Shown here: positions 11,843 to 25,855 of the stretch, in pieces
Layout: each line of letters opens with the position of its first letter
Position numbering within the stretch: the stretch's first letter is position 1
Assembly (NCBI RefSeq): GCF_964204645.1
Contig: NC_134029.1
Location: 2,232,001-2,296,000, forward strand
Direction: 5' to 3'
Length of the DNA stretch: 64,000 nucleotides
From: Tubulanus polymorphus
Lineage: Eukaryota; Animalia; Nemertea
Made by a program: the position numbers and the translations under genes
The notes under the pieces: generated by a model
The model's input: the letters and a program-made list of their open reading frames with translations, nothing else
Databases searched by the model: none
What the model was told of the DNA's origin: nothing

Positions 11843-14797
11843 TCGGAAGGTCGTACAGTGTATTACCATCGTTGCTTTTCGTGTCGGCGGCAAAGTCTAA
11901 AAAGAATCACATCACGATTTGGTTTCGTGCAGACGTCTGGCCGCGTGAAGCTGTCAGAGATCTGTATCAGGCGTAATTGTGTTGGACCTGTTGGATATTT
12001 GGCAAAATCCTGAAAAATCACGAATCCACTACGAAGTAGCCGACATTGCGAGATGGCAGAAAACATTAAAGGTATATTTGCTATTCCAATTTTTTGCTGT
12101 TGGGTCATATCGAAAACAATTCCGTTAAGGACGCGGAAACAGTATATTTTTTTCGCTCTGTTTCTTTAGTGTGACAGGAAATGTAGATTTCGCTGTAAAT
12201 TGAACCCACAAATAGCCAGTGGTCGCCGCCGTATATGGGTCCAGTTGTTTCACGGCTCATGAAAAATTCAATACATTCTTGTATCATCGCGTCTCTTCTG
12301 GTCGCGTTATTTCCCGACATCAAAGAACTTTTTTCTTGTGACTCACATGAAACACTGCATCGAGTCGGTGTGGTAATCTTCACGTCGAACTTCTTTTTAA
12401 TGCGCGACGCTTCAAAACAAACAGCATACGCAGGTTCTTCCAGATATATTCTTGTTTTTCGTTTGATCAAAGCTGTAATTCTATATTTAGAAATTTAGAT
12501 ACGAGAGAATTCAGTAACTGAATCTGTCATCAAGAGCTACGCAGTGTAAGCTGTGAAATCGCGTGTTTTATTTATCGATGACTTCTGAAGTTGAAATCGA
12601 AACCGCACGTTTTTCTTCCAATTTTTCTCACGAATCGATGAAGAATTCTGGTCCCGTTATTTTCATCTGTGACGCGTGACAACGATTTAGAATTTATGAC
12701 TAAATTCTATATACGTTGAACTGAAATCGATGCCGAAAAGCGATTTCATATTTAACCAGTATTGATAACACCCGAGACTAAACCATCGCTTCGTAATTCG
12801 AAATCATTATTTGACAAAAAATTAAAAAGCACGTTTAAATGGCCTTTGATGATCAGAGCGCAGAAATCTTTTATAGATTTGTGAAAGCGTTTCAGCTGAT
12901 TTAGGGTCATGGATGTATAATTTAGATTATATCTAGTTAACGTGTATCGAAGCTTCCAACACTATATCTGTAATGTTGATAGCAGTTATCTTTGTGTTTT
13001 TTTGATGAAATCGATTAGCATCCGTCAATCGCCGAACACGAATATTGAACAAATACATGAGATATTCATTCGAATATTGAATTTATTAATTGTCAATTTC
13101 CGTGTTTTCAGGTCTATATACCGTCGATATTGGCTAGTGATTCTCACGTGCTCTGATGTCTCTAATCCCTCCGTATTCCTCATACACACATACACATTTC
13201 ATCCTCCCGGCCGAGATCATTTTTACCTGTGACATGTTTTTGGCTTGTTTTACGGTTGCACAATCCTTGTGAACCTACTCGACCGTGTTGAAATTATACC
13301 GGAAAACAACCGGCCACAGAATAATACTGGTAAAAGTGCAGAATACCCATCATTTTCTCCGCAGTTGAAACCAAAGAACGGAATTCAGTAATGCTATATT
13401 GATACATCAGTCAGTTTCTGAATTGAATTCGAATATTCAGTTAAGACTCGGTAACTTAAGATATAGTTAATTGAATTTCCTCAAAACTGTGCCTAGAATT
13501 ACATATTCGACATAACTATAAATTAATTATGCCTCAGACACTCGGTGAATAAATTGCTTACTCATAACTGTCGCAATTCATTGACTGCGAGACTTTTAGT
13601 AAAAAAGTGCATTTATCCCTCTGTTCAATATGGCTGACCATTACTGGTCACTGGCATCAGATTACGGCTATTCGCGTGTGCAGCCCAGCGGCGCATAAAC
13701 TTTGACGATCCCATTCTTTTACATCAAGTCATGCCGCAAATTCGTCGGAAAATTGTCGTGCACTTGTACGGATAATAAAGCTTGTCAAATAAATGCCGCC
13801 TGTGGCCTCAAACATCGCGACGTTTAATTTCATGCAGAATGCATCGTGTCTTTCCGTTCTATCGGGCTGATATTGGAAAATTGAGCTTATCTCACGATAA
13901 TAGTCGTTAAAACATCGTCTCAGCCACATCACATGTACAAAGGATGAATACTGAAACTCTATGTGATTTCACTACAATACGATGTAGTGTAAGTATTTAT
14001 TTACAAACTGAAAATAAGGGAGATTAGAAATAAACATTCTACATATGCTTGTTGTTAAAAGAATTCGACGTTTCGGGAATTTCGAAGTATATATGTATAT
14101 AACCACATTTTGAAATTGATTGAGAGATTTTCAAAGTCTTCATTTTGAATCTTTCAAACTGTAATAGTCTCCGCCGAACCAATATTTATCGACTCTTTAT
14201 TATCTGCTTAGAAGTTCGAAAGTAATTGTCTTCTTGGTTCATCTGAACATTTTTACGCTGTCAGTTTAAATGTATTCTACATAATTCCGTATTGAAGACA
14301 GTTGTAGTTCAATTATTATTTAACTGCACAGTCCATGTTTCATTTTTGACTGAAGGCGAAGTCAATTGATAGTTGATACAGATAGATGTTCTCTGCGTTT
14401 TAATTCATCGTCCACGTTGTGTAATTTTTGTAAAGTTACCGAAACACGGAGAAATTTGGATAAATTAAAGTGACGATCCGTGTTTTACGAAATGAAAAGG
14501 ATCTGGATCTGTTTGGATTACTTTGAACTGAACGCGTGGTTTATCGATCGTGTCCATTATTATCACTTCATTAACATAATGTCAATGTCAACGATTAAAA
14601 AAGATTCAAAATTAGAATCGCTTATCGTATTGGCTATAACAATAACTGGGACAAGTTTCGTGTACTCAAAGAGGAGGACACTCCTATTGATTCTATAGGT
14701 TCTAACTGTAATGTCAGCCACGGACTCGAAAACTCTTTTCGTTTCAGAGTCCGTTCGTTAACCTAGACGATTTATAGCTGGATCCCGTAAGAACTGT

Positions 14798-14910
14798 CGT
14801 TTCATTGATAGGTTCTTGTGTGTGTACAGAAAAGCCAACTGAGTTCCGTATCGTTACAATAACGTCACCTATTGTCGCACATGTCAAACTGGTTCGGACC
14901 AGAACGATCT
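14798..14910 (+). repeat. Dispersed repeat of about 110 bp, copy 1 (copy 2 at 19974-20085)
   Basis: Collinear shared blocks CGTTTCATTG, GTGTACAGAA, GTCACC, ACATG-CAAACTGGTT and ACCAGAACGATC. Confidence 0.8.
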
Positions 14911-15455
14911 AATTTTTGGGGATTCTGATGTATCCAGAGATGAAGAATTACCTCAACAACTTGGTTATGTTGTTGTTGAGCTCAGGTACTACTGAACCTC
15001 CGCACTCCGCAGTAATACGACTGGTGCTTTCTGTTAATATATTGTAGCAAATTGTTTCGTTCGAAAATTGCTATTCGATGCAATAAACGCCTTCCCGCAA
15101 TGATAAGACCTGTACACAAAAATGCATCAAATAATCAACACTTTGGTTTGGATTATGGTGTATTTATGAGGTGGTTGGAACATGGCTTCATTCTCCGCTA
15201 TAGTATCAGTAGAATAATGACGGCGCCGGGTAAACAGACGAGAGACGTGGTCGCGCATACTGTTCCAATCAAACTCCCAATCACTGCGTATAATTGCGTA
15301 TGAAAAGTCGTCCGGATTAAATTGCTGACGCAAACAATCGGTGATCATCATCGGTAATTTGTAGGCGAGGAGTCGCGTCATCCACAACTCCACAATCGAT
15401 TCCGATATGAATTTTTCAGCCGGTAAATTGTGATAAGATTGAGTATTAATGATGC

Positions 15456-15679
15456 CCGCTCTCCCTTCTCCCCGTTCCCCTTCCCTCTCCCTCTCTCACT
15501 CCCTTCTCTTTTTCTACCCTCACTTGCCTCTCTCCATTCTCCCCCTCTTCCTCCTTTTCTCTCTCTAGCTCTCCCTTTCTCACCTCTCTCCCTTCTCCCC
15601 TCTTTCCATTCGGCTCCTCTCCCTCTTCTGTCTTCCTACCCTATTCTCTGTCCCTCACTCTCCCTTCTCTCTCCTCTTT
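15456..15679 (+). repeat. Polypyrimidine (CT-rich) low-complexity tract of about 220 bp
   Basis: Almost only C/T on the + strand; a shorter tract lies at about 25535-25586. Confidence 0.92.
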
Positions 15680-18600
15680 GACTGTTGCAACCGGATGACT
15701 CAACCATAATCCTACAATTTTGGTTGACTTTCACATTTTCAAAAATGCTTGGATTTCTATTCCCTTGAATATCACCACATTCTACTCTCAGAATCTTTAG
15801 ATTTGTTTTTAAATGAAAGGCGAAGTTGATCTTTTACCCAACACAGTTTTGAAGTTGTTCCGTAGAGTCTCTTAACATCGCACAAATTGATTCCCGTGTC
15901 TAGAAATATTTCACGTTTTGATGACTCAAATTCACCCTTTCTGATGTTGAGGCCACGTAACATTTAGGAGATACAGATCAAATTCAAGTGAATTGATTAG
16001 AAATAAACTGCTCCAAGTTATATTTCCCTTTCATCCACTGGGACTGGTTGGAGTCTAAACAGTTTATGCCGTAGTTTACATTCTGAATTAACAGACATTT
16101 CAATAAAACCCATTTGGGGAAATTCTACAAAGCTGCAATAGATTTTAGAGAGAATGAACTTCGTTAATAGAATTTCCATTCCTTTTGTTTTGTTTCTATC
16201 AGCCGGTTCCATTATCACCTAAATGTGGTATAATTAATTCTACGCATTAAATTCCCTTTGGAATCGTAGTAAAACTCGAATATCTTGAAGCTTTTCAACT
16301 CGAATGAAAGGTTCCACTAATGTTCCGATGCCGTTTTGTTTTTTACAAATCTTCCAACAAAGGGAATTTCCATCGATCGGTGATGCGATACTTGACATTA
16401 AAAAGAAGTTTTGCCGAAGAATTTTTTGCAGCTAATCAAATCCGATCGAACGGGTGCATTAGATTTCAAACTGGTTTGAATTTATTCGCAATGAAATTTC
16501 CATTTTCCAACTTGCATCAGACCCGAATTGACTGTCAGCAGTTAAAGATAGCCGTCAGTCAGCATTTATTATTGATGATTGATGAAAATCCATCGCGACG
16601 CAGCAGTTGGGTTGAAACCGACGGCGGACGGATACAACTGTAAAAACGGTCAAATCGTATAAATCCTAGGAGGCAGTCGAGGTATTTGAGTCTTCGGTGA
16701 CAAATTGATTGATCTGTCATAAATCGCTCAGATTTGTTGTCGTAGTAACGTGCACGTGAAATCTTTCGATTCTCGGTGAAAATGTCCCCAGATTTTCGCG
16801 CGCGCGCGGAAAATACCGCCGAAAATACTGGATATTCTAATCATCTTTGATCCCGCGAGAATTCACGTTCGGTATCTCTCTCCGTCTCTTTTCTCTGCGT
16901 GCGTTAACTATTATGCTTGAGTTGTGTCACTTGACAAATTCCCTTACACGACAAGCAGCTCGAACACATATAACAAGCACCGTGAGGCATTATACCGCTG
17001 CACCAGCACTGCAGCCAACTTAATTCCCTTATTAAATATTTGATTAGCTCAACGGAAGTTTTGAAAAATCGGTCTTTGTTTCCGCTTATAATTATCTCGA
17101 CATGGGAACCCCCTTAAGCAAATTGATTCTTCGAAATTGAAAATGATGATCGCGAAAAACAAATCCATGAAATAATTGTTAGTCGTGTAACTGATCTCAG
17201 TGGTATGGAATGTCTTCGTTGTTGGATCCCGTGGAAGTATAATCTAATATAAGTTCCGACCTTCGTGGGTAAGTTAAGGAAGAAAACCGCGCCGCGACAC
17301 ACGACCCGATAACGGTAGGACGCGCGGACACCGCTGCGAGTATAGGGGCCGACAGTAAAGGATTATTATGGTCCTGGTAATAATAGTGGAAATATGAGAA
17401 GGACCTTGGTAAAGCGTAATTGAAAGTGATAGCAGGGAGTAGCGACAGAACTCAAAGCTAACAGCAATCACATTCTAGAAAGCTCCCCAAATAATTGAAG
17501 GTCTTTTCCTTTTTTGCCGAAACTGTAGCTGCCAGTAAGAGCGAAGAGCTTAATATGTTCAGTGCACCTTGATTAAGGCAATATTTGAGTTTCAGCGGCT
17601 CCTGGCATATTTGTTAAATATCCACTTCTGAAGGAAGATGTCCAAAGCGATGAGTCAACTTCGGGTAGAGCAATTATTGCAGTAAATAAATATCGTGGAT
17701 CTCAACTAATTGGGCTAATGTCATGGATATTGCGCAATATACTTAATCACGCGTTTTGCTGGCTGTATGAGGTCGATCAGTGCCACGAGTCCCAGTAAAC
17801 CGTGGCTCTCATAGGTTTACAGATTATCAGAGTGCAATCATTCTTATTGTTCTCTATTTCCATGGGGACAAATACTGTGAGTGACCACAGCAGCAGCGGC
17901 GGCGGCGGTGCTGAAATTATTAAAAGTGCAGTAATGATGAAGACCACCCCTGGTGAGCGAGGTTTCCGTACGAATGAACATTGTGATGTACAAGATCATT
18001 GTCAAAACTGGTTGAGTTTCCCGGATAGGATCTGATTCTAGGTACACATGTAAGGAGGTGTGGGAGACCTTTCTTGGTTCTCACTACGCGCAAACTTCAG
18101 ATAGATCTTGAACTTGTGATAAGATTGAAAGGACAGGTTTTTTTCATTAAAATGTTGAACAATTTTAACTGACGTCATTACTAACTGTTGGTGAACTGAG
18201 TAATTTGCATATTAATTGACGCAATGGAGAAAATTGGGAGGTATTTTCTTTTATCCGCGTGAGGTGGGAATCGGATTAGACGAACTACACCTGCAATCAA
18301 AATATATTTCACAATGTGGTGCAGATAAGTCAGAGCCTCGAATATTCAACTCCCTTAATGAATAACAGATTTCTACTTGCATGAACGCATCACCTCTGAT
18401 TTATGCAGTTAATGGTATTTTTTATCTGCTCTTGAGGTTCAATAATATGAAGGACACTCGGTGCATTTGTATCGCTAACCACAACGTTGAATTTCATTAG
18501 AATTTTCTCCCCGGACAACAACAAGATAGATTGATATCATATAGTTTGATTGACAGTTACACCTCCAGGCTAGAGCACGGGCTAGAGCACGGCAGTTGTC

Positions 18601-19092
18601 ACCAGTAATGTACTGTATCAACATTGCACTTAATATATTATCATCTGATCGCGAACTGGAAAAATGTATCGATGTCCTTAACTTCAGGACCTGAGTGATG
18701 ATTCACGCTGTAGCACTACCGACTCGAGTTTTCCTCTATCCACAATTGGATTACTGATGTCCACGTAGAGCCAGGCCGCATATTGTTCTTTCCTTTGTCT
18801 CCTGATTGATTTAATAAATGAATCGAGCGACACAAATATCAACGATTTAAAACAACTGTGAAAAAGGGTAGAAATTGTTTCTTTTGATGGGACAGGAGCC
18901 TCGATACCATCAGGTACGATCGTTGCCGAGTGAGGATGGACTTTCCCCATGGTTTCTTTGGAATATGGTTCAGACGGCCACATTCAGAATGCAGCTCCAG
19001 GGTTGTTGGAATTGAGTTTAGAGTTGACAATGACGCAATTTGAAATTTTGATTATGGATTTCGTTTTAGAGTCCATGCTTTGATCGCTGAGT

Positions 19093-19243
19093 CTATAGAC
19101 CTTATTCACGTGACGTCATCGAGCGTCATATCGACCGTCCAGCGCAAGCGGAAAACTGAAGTAAAACTTCGGTTGGCTGCCATGTGATGGACACCATGAC
19201 GCATCTGAACAATACAAGTGATGCCAGTGAACAAGGTCTATAG
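19093..19243. mobile_element. MITE family B, intact copy (about 150 bp)
   Basis: TIR CTATAGACCTTATTCAC (19093-19109) / GTGAACAAGGTCTATAG (19227-19243), 16 of 17 complementary; partial related copy at 42675-42719. Confidence 0.8.
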
Positions 19244-19973
19244 CTCTATAGCTCACAGAACTAAACTTCCAGTTTTATTTACCATGACTAATGAAACCTG
19301 AAGATGTCCTGTGAACCAGTTCCACGTTGTCTAAATGTATTTGTTTTAACTATTAAACGGTGTAAAAACGTGTTAATCGAGCGCTGTTGGTTACGAATTA
19401 ATACGCAATGTCACACGATCCACTGTGGAGAGACCGACCGAGATGTTTTTGACAATATATTATTTTTCGTCGCGATTCAATTTATAATTCATGTCGCGTC
19501 GGTGCCGGCGAATGTAGTTGAAGTCTCCTCGAGTCGAACCATAAGGCAATCTGAGGCTTGAATTACACGCTCATAAGAGCCGCAGTCACAGATAAAGTGT
19601 CATAATTCCCGTTCGTATCAAGTTTTAAATCGGTGAAAAGGTGCTCTGTCCTAAAGTGATTCTGAAATGGTATGTGTTTATTTTGAAGTAGCGCCTCGTG
19701 CTACTTCAAATACATTTTTATATGACTTTGATCATGGAATGTTCGACACAATTTCAGAAAAACCATTTGGAAATTAGGAATGGCGGGGAATCTAAATCTA
19801 TATGAATCTATATAGACGACGAAAAGTCCGTTGTAATATCTAAATGATCCTATCGTATACGGTACATTGTATTTATGATTATACGCGGTAATGATTAACA
19901 TTTGGACGAAAACTTCGTAGAGAAAAAATCAAGCATTATTCACATTTCCTAGGAAAAATAACCTTCCACCCGG

Positions 19974-20085
19974 CGTTTCATTGTTAAGTTCTCGTGTACA
20001 GAACTGAGCCCACAGCTGTCATCGCGTAACAATACAGTCACCCATTTTCGTACATGCCAAACTGGTTTGTACCAGAACGATCCAA
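19974..20085 (+). repeat. Dispersed repeat of about 110 bp, copy 2
   Basis: See 14798-14910. Confidence 0.8.
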
Positions 20086-20603
20086 CATCCGACCTGTTTG
20101 GTCGATCTAAAGATTGCGCATGAGTAGGTCGTGGAATGCTTGGGTACCATCTCGATCTGAAAATGGTCTCACAGACTGTGGTCATGTAAAATGATATGAC
20201 CAAATCACAGAAAGTGCCACGACCACAATATTGGGCATAATACCAGTAGGCTCTCATAAACCAGCTCAAATCTTTAAACTAATTCTAAGTTAATTCTAAC
20301 GGATTCAAAGAGATGTTTTAAACGATATGAATTCACTGTCAGAACCGGTATTTGCGACAATATTTTAAACGGCTGTTTACAGTAGACAGCTGATCGCGAG
20401 AGGTGTCATCAGTTCAACAGTAGAATTGAACTCCAATAAGACTTGTCATCACTGCTATGATAGTTGCTTATTCGTGCTAAAAACGATTATCAATCTATGA
20501 CGACCACCGAGGGGGCATCCGATATATCGTATTGCCTCTAAAGATAAGACATTCTGATCTATAAGTGTCATATATTGGGTTATTGGATATTGATATTGTC
20601 CCG

Positions 20604-20637
<34 letters not shown>

Positions 20638-20668
20638 GCTGCCGCCGCCGCCGCTGCTGCTGCTGCTG
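20604..20668 (+). repeat. Compound (CTG)n/(CCG)n trinucleotide repeat, about 21 units
   Basis: Read directly; it generates spurious polyA, polyC and polyQ ORFs. Confidence 0.95.
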
Positions 20669-22064
20669 GTCTATGCAGGAATCATCTCTCCTCCGATTTA
20701 TTGATAAAATCGCCGCGTTTTTCATCGCGGATTCTTCGAGTGCATGTATCTGAGTTCCCGAGAGTGGCAGTTGATCTGTTTTAAAAATTACTCGATCGAG
20801 TTCGATGGCCCTGAACTGGTCTAGTGTTTATACTGGGCTAGTGTTTATTTTGAATCCAGAAGAATCTCCTTCCATTTTGTAAATCGATCAAAAAAGAGGT
20901 AGTTTGATTCTCGTCACCGGCTGTGCTAATGGATGAAACCCTTGTTGATATAAGATGGCAAAAAATCCTAATATCCCAATAAGCGATGCATGCGATAGCG
21001 TAGTAGAAATCATCAGTGGAGGTTGTTAGGGTATTTAGATTAATACCTAGCCGTTATGATAGGCAGGCAATATCTGAAATCCGTTTAGACGTTATAGTTA
21101 GATTTCGGTCTCATTTCCCGCACTTTCCTCTTATATAATTGTGCTCGTGCAATAAATGTAACTGCCCGAGCTTTAACGAATAACTGGCATTATTGGCCGC
21201 GAGCAAATATCTTTAATTGATCTACGGTGGTCATCATATCGGCTAACCTCCTCTGTATAACTGTGATTAAGCCGCCTAAGCCATTCAATTACCAGCGCCA
21301 TTCGAAATCTAATTGAAAGGTCCAGCATTTCGCGTCCTATGTGCTGACGGCCGGAAAGGTCTTCGAGCGCTGTATAATTTCACGGACATTCTATCGTAAA
21401 AACAAACCACTCAGTAGTTACTAGAATCTTTACGGGTAAACATCCAAACCTTGCACTGAAATTACTGTCATTAAGATATCAGAGATCAGAGGGGCTTATT
21501 CTACCAGTTCCTACAACTGACTGAGAATTGTGACTTAATACTCAAAAGCAATATCCCATGACCTACGACCCAAGAGTGGAACCTGATTTCGATATCCTGC
21601 TCATCTAAGCTACTTCGGGGTTTATTTCACATACAATCACATCTGTCTTCGTTATTGCGACTTAGACTCAAAACTGCAAACATTCAACTTAAATCCAATG
21701 GCCAGACACCGATCTAAGGAGTTTTGGAGATTTTGATATTCTGCTCGTGATAGCGGCACAGATATGTATGCATCTCTTATGGTCCTTCATAAAGGTGACT
21801 CATACATACTAATAACAGTCTTTTTTTTCTTGTCTGATATCGGGTCGGGTGCGCAGTTTTTCTTATCGTGGACAATAAGACGACGTTTCCACAGGAGCAG
21901 TAGCAGCGGTGGTGGCAGTGCACGCAGCACCGTCACGATGACACCGTTAGATTTTTTTTTGTGTAAACTTTAATCCTGATTCGGCGTGTGAAGGATTATG
22001 TGAGGGGATTTGAGGGAGAAGTTGATGTATTACATGGTAATAAATAATGTTGAGTCGCTCCAAT

Positions 22065-22102
22065 CCACGCACCACGCGCCACGCACCACGCGACACGCAC
22101 CA
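22065..22102 (+). repeat. Degenerate 7-bp tandem repeat (CCACGCR), about 5 units
   Basis: CCACGCA CCACGCG CCACGCA CCACGCG ACACGCA CCA. Confidence 0.8.
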
Positions 22103-25100
22103 AGCACTTGCAGATGTAAATATTTCGAACGATTCCAAGTTTGATGAGTAAGTTTAGAGCCCCTTCGTGTTTTGTTTTCTTTTATCTTGGAATCGTTCAG
22201 AATTCGATGCCCGTTGAAAAGTAGTATCGTTAGAGTCAGTCAGAGTTAGTTGTGTGTTGGCGCTCTATTGGAAAGTGACGACACGACTTAACGCTAGTGT
22301 TAATGAAATATTTGAAATATAGCCGAAGACGCGGCAGCACTCAAACGAGTTCAATCAGTGATTCAGTTAAAGTCTAATCTACTCAGATTTGTCCCTTCCA
22401 TAAAGGTTTATTACGAAACAGTTCAGGTTGACGTGGAGAACCTTCGCTGACTTGTCACTGCAATAATTTCGCAATGGGGATACGCAGCAATCCGATTATA
22501 CGTTTGGACTTTACACAGAAAATAATCAAATTATACACTTCGCATTTACATACCTTTGAGGTATTTACGAACAACATCGATTTATGCGAGCAACAACTTG
22601 AAACGTTACCGAACACGAACAGATAGAGAGACATCAGTAGAATACTAAAACAGGGTCTCATGCGGTAGATAGACACAAATCTATACATACGTAGCTCGCT
22701 GTTTGTTTGACTTAACTTCTTTTTGTTCATGTGCAGTTTTGAATCAAAATGTATAGAAATTGATTTCATCGGTTCCGAAGCGGTTTGGGAGAAAAAAATG
22801 TGTATGCAACTACTTCATCAACACCACTGCATGCCGCTATTTCTACAATGAACAAATCTTCAAAAGATTGAATGAAAAGACTCCGTATGATGTACGCCTG
22901 TCTCTTATTTTGCCCCGAGCTCGTAAGAAGATTTTTCTCAATTCACTGTCCCCTGCTTTCATCTATTTCTCTATATGTACGAATCTTCTTTTCGCAAAAA
23001 CTTGAAAAGTCAACATTCCTGATCCTGGCTGTCGTCAATTCTATCAAAATGATGACACGTTAATACCGTGTTTCTAGGTAAGTATTCAGTAGTTAGCATG
23101 TATAGGCGGATTTTTGTTCATCGCCGCCGAGGACACAAGACAATAAGTGTAAGTTCAGCACGCACACACACACTGCTGAGACGACTGAACTAACGCTGAA
23201 AGTGAATTGTATGTAAGACATGTTTGAAGAATGTTGATTGAATTGACACGATAAGAAAATCTTTCCCTGGAAAATATACAAAGGGACATGCGTTTAGTTC
23301 TTGGAGGTCAGTCTTTTTGCGAAACATTGACACATCCGCAATCACTGGTCTTGCTTTAACCATTTCGCTAACGATTTTTGAGAAATGTTGTTGAAGCGAG
23401 TAAGAGAAAAGCAAATTAGTGCCTTTTAGTTTGTTTAATTTCTTCCGCAAATCTCTCAGATTTAAGCGACATAATCCGTAATTTATGATAGTTAATAGTA
23501 GTAGATAATCTATTCATCATCATAACCAAATAACACGATTGTCAATGATGATAATATTAATAATATTATGAATGGTATGAGGTATCTTACCATCATTTGT
23601 ATCCAAAATGCGAGTTTTATTTTTCTTGCAGGATTTTGATTTGCAGTGGCACGAAAAATGACCGGTTTTTTAAGTTTTGAAATGATTTCATGCGACGACC
23701 ATACCGCAGTCTATATGGGGAGAACGTTTTCAAACAATGGCAACGGTTTTGTTGAACCGTCGGTTAACGAGCAATTTCCTCTGATTTCCTTCGAGTATGG
23801 CATTTACATCGTTCTGTCAGTTTTTCCATTTTGTGAAATTGAATTTAGAAAGGGAACTGATGTGAACACATTTATTGCATGTCTGTCTTCAATCAGCTCA
23901 ACTCAGACAGCTCGATCTACAATTGAGTTGTTTCATTTCAGTTCTGCAGCCTCTTTTTGTACGACGAGTTATCCGCTGAGACAGGGTTTATTCTCCCGGG
24001 ACCCGAACGGAATATCATCAATGACATTTATGAATACATATACACACGTAACCGTGTAGAAAGTTTAAACTTTCATAATTTGCTTTTAGACAAAAATCCC
24101 TAAATAGATCAATATAAGTATGAATATAAGGGCGGAATATAGGTATGACCTGTCTTTGAATAATTTGGAAAAAGTTTTCTGACATCGAGTTTGCCTGCTC
24201 CTCGGTGGTTTTTTTTGGCAAGTGCCGGAGAACGTGGCGTCTCCGATTGGTAGCATTGGTCGTTAGTAATCAACGATTACCCACACAAAACGACAATGCC
24301 CACTAATTACTACCTGACTTGTTACCAATATTTCGACTCAAATGAAGCACTAACAAAATAATCACTATCAGTCAATTACTATATTAATGTATAATTATCA
24401 ATTCCCTATCAATTACTAAATGAATAAATTGCCCTGTGCATAGTTACTCGCTTGGAAGCTATGATGACAATTAGTTGAAGACTTTGATATTTGGCTTTAC
24501 ACTTAAACTGTTTTTGTATCAATTCAGATTTTCGGAGATAAAAAGATCAAGAGTCATTCTCTCGCACTCTGCTCACTGTTACTAGTCGCTGAAAACAAGA
24601 AAGGTAAGATATTTCTCGCTATCATTTCGGACTAAATTGATAGATTGCCTTTAGATATACATTCTAAGATATCTAACTTTCATTAGAATAAATGTGTTCT
24701 CGACTCGTCCGAAAAATTGTCAAATAACTGAAGAGAAAAGATCATACAATTACTTTACATAATTGAGTATCGTTTACATTACATGATATTATGGAGGCTG
24801 ATTCCGACCATCGCGTAAAATTCCTGAGATACAAATCAGGGCGCCTAACTTGAGAAACGAAAAAAACGACGTTTTGAATAGAAATAGTCCCCAGCGAAAG
24901 GGTTTTAAGATATGTATTGTTAGAAGCCCTTTTCTTGACTTAAACATGTCCGAGTTTTCCCTTACGAGTCCGTGCTTAAACATTAATACATATATCTATC
25001 ATGGCGACCTTGTTGTAATGTAATCTCGCGACAGTTGAATGCGGTTCGCGGTTCATCTCGAGAAGGTGCGCTCGTTGTTGTTCCTCTATTTAGCGGTTCA

Positions 25101-25855
25101 TAATCTCGAGAACATCAATGAATACATAATGATTCCGTTTTACCGCGATGCATTGCTGCATTTGCCGTGATATTACACCACCGAGGCGATCGTTTGTCCT
25201 CCCGTAATGTCACCGGAGTAAAAAATCAGGTACTTTTTTTCGTGGAATCACCTCAGTCAAAGGTTCATGTCCTATCGTTAGGCCCGTTGAATTGAACCAT
25301 TGACATCTCCCCTGCAAAAATCCTATCGAAAGGGATACCCCAAATGAGCATTAATCAAATAAAGTATCTCCCCTTCGTTTTAAGAGTCAATGATTGAATG
25401 TATTTATTTCTAATGTTACGAGTCGCTGTTTCAAGTCGGCGTTGTCGCTGTTTCACTGTCGCACTTTCAAATTAAACCGAACGCTGCGTAATCATGTAGT
25501 ACTCATTTTCTACCTCACTGATCTTCATCTTATGTCCCTCCTCTTTCCCTCCCTCTCACTCTCCCTCCCTCCTCTCTCCCTCCCTTGCACAGGTCGGTTA
25601 TTTCTCTAGTTTGATTTAAGTCTGCCACTCCATAGTTAATGGAACGGGACGCGTGAAAACATCAATGTCTATTTGTTTTTAGAGCGTTAGATTGTTTTTA
25701 CAATTTCTTCTATGCAGTCTTTGTTTCACTCGATACAAGAAAGGGACTCTGTGATGATTTGTAAAATATTCTGTCACACTTCCATTTCAATTTCATTCAC
25801 TATACGCATATCATCTTCAGATTATTTCAAACTTTGGTGAAAATCTAAATTTCCA

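Noticed and set aside
15430-15681. Pro/Leu/Ser-rich ORF
   Set aside because: Artefact of the polypyrimidine tract.
20504-20517. CTCF-like CCACCGAGGGGGCA
   Set aside because: It needs an insertion or three mismatches in the core; too weak on its own.
20495-20784. polyQ, polyA and polyC ORFs
   Set aside because: These are three readings of one CTG/CCG microsatellite, with no domain or convincing splice context.
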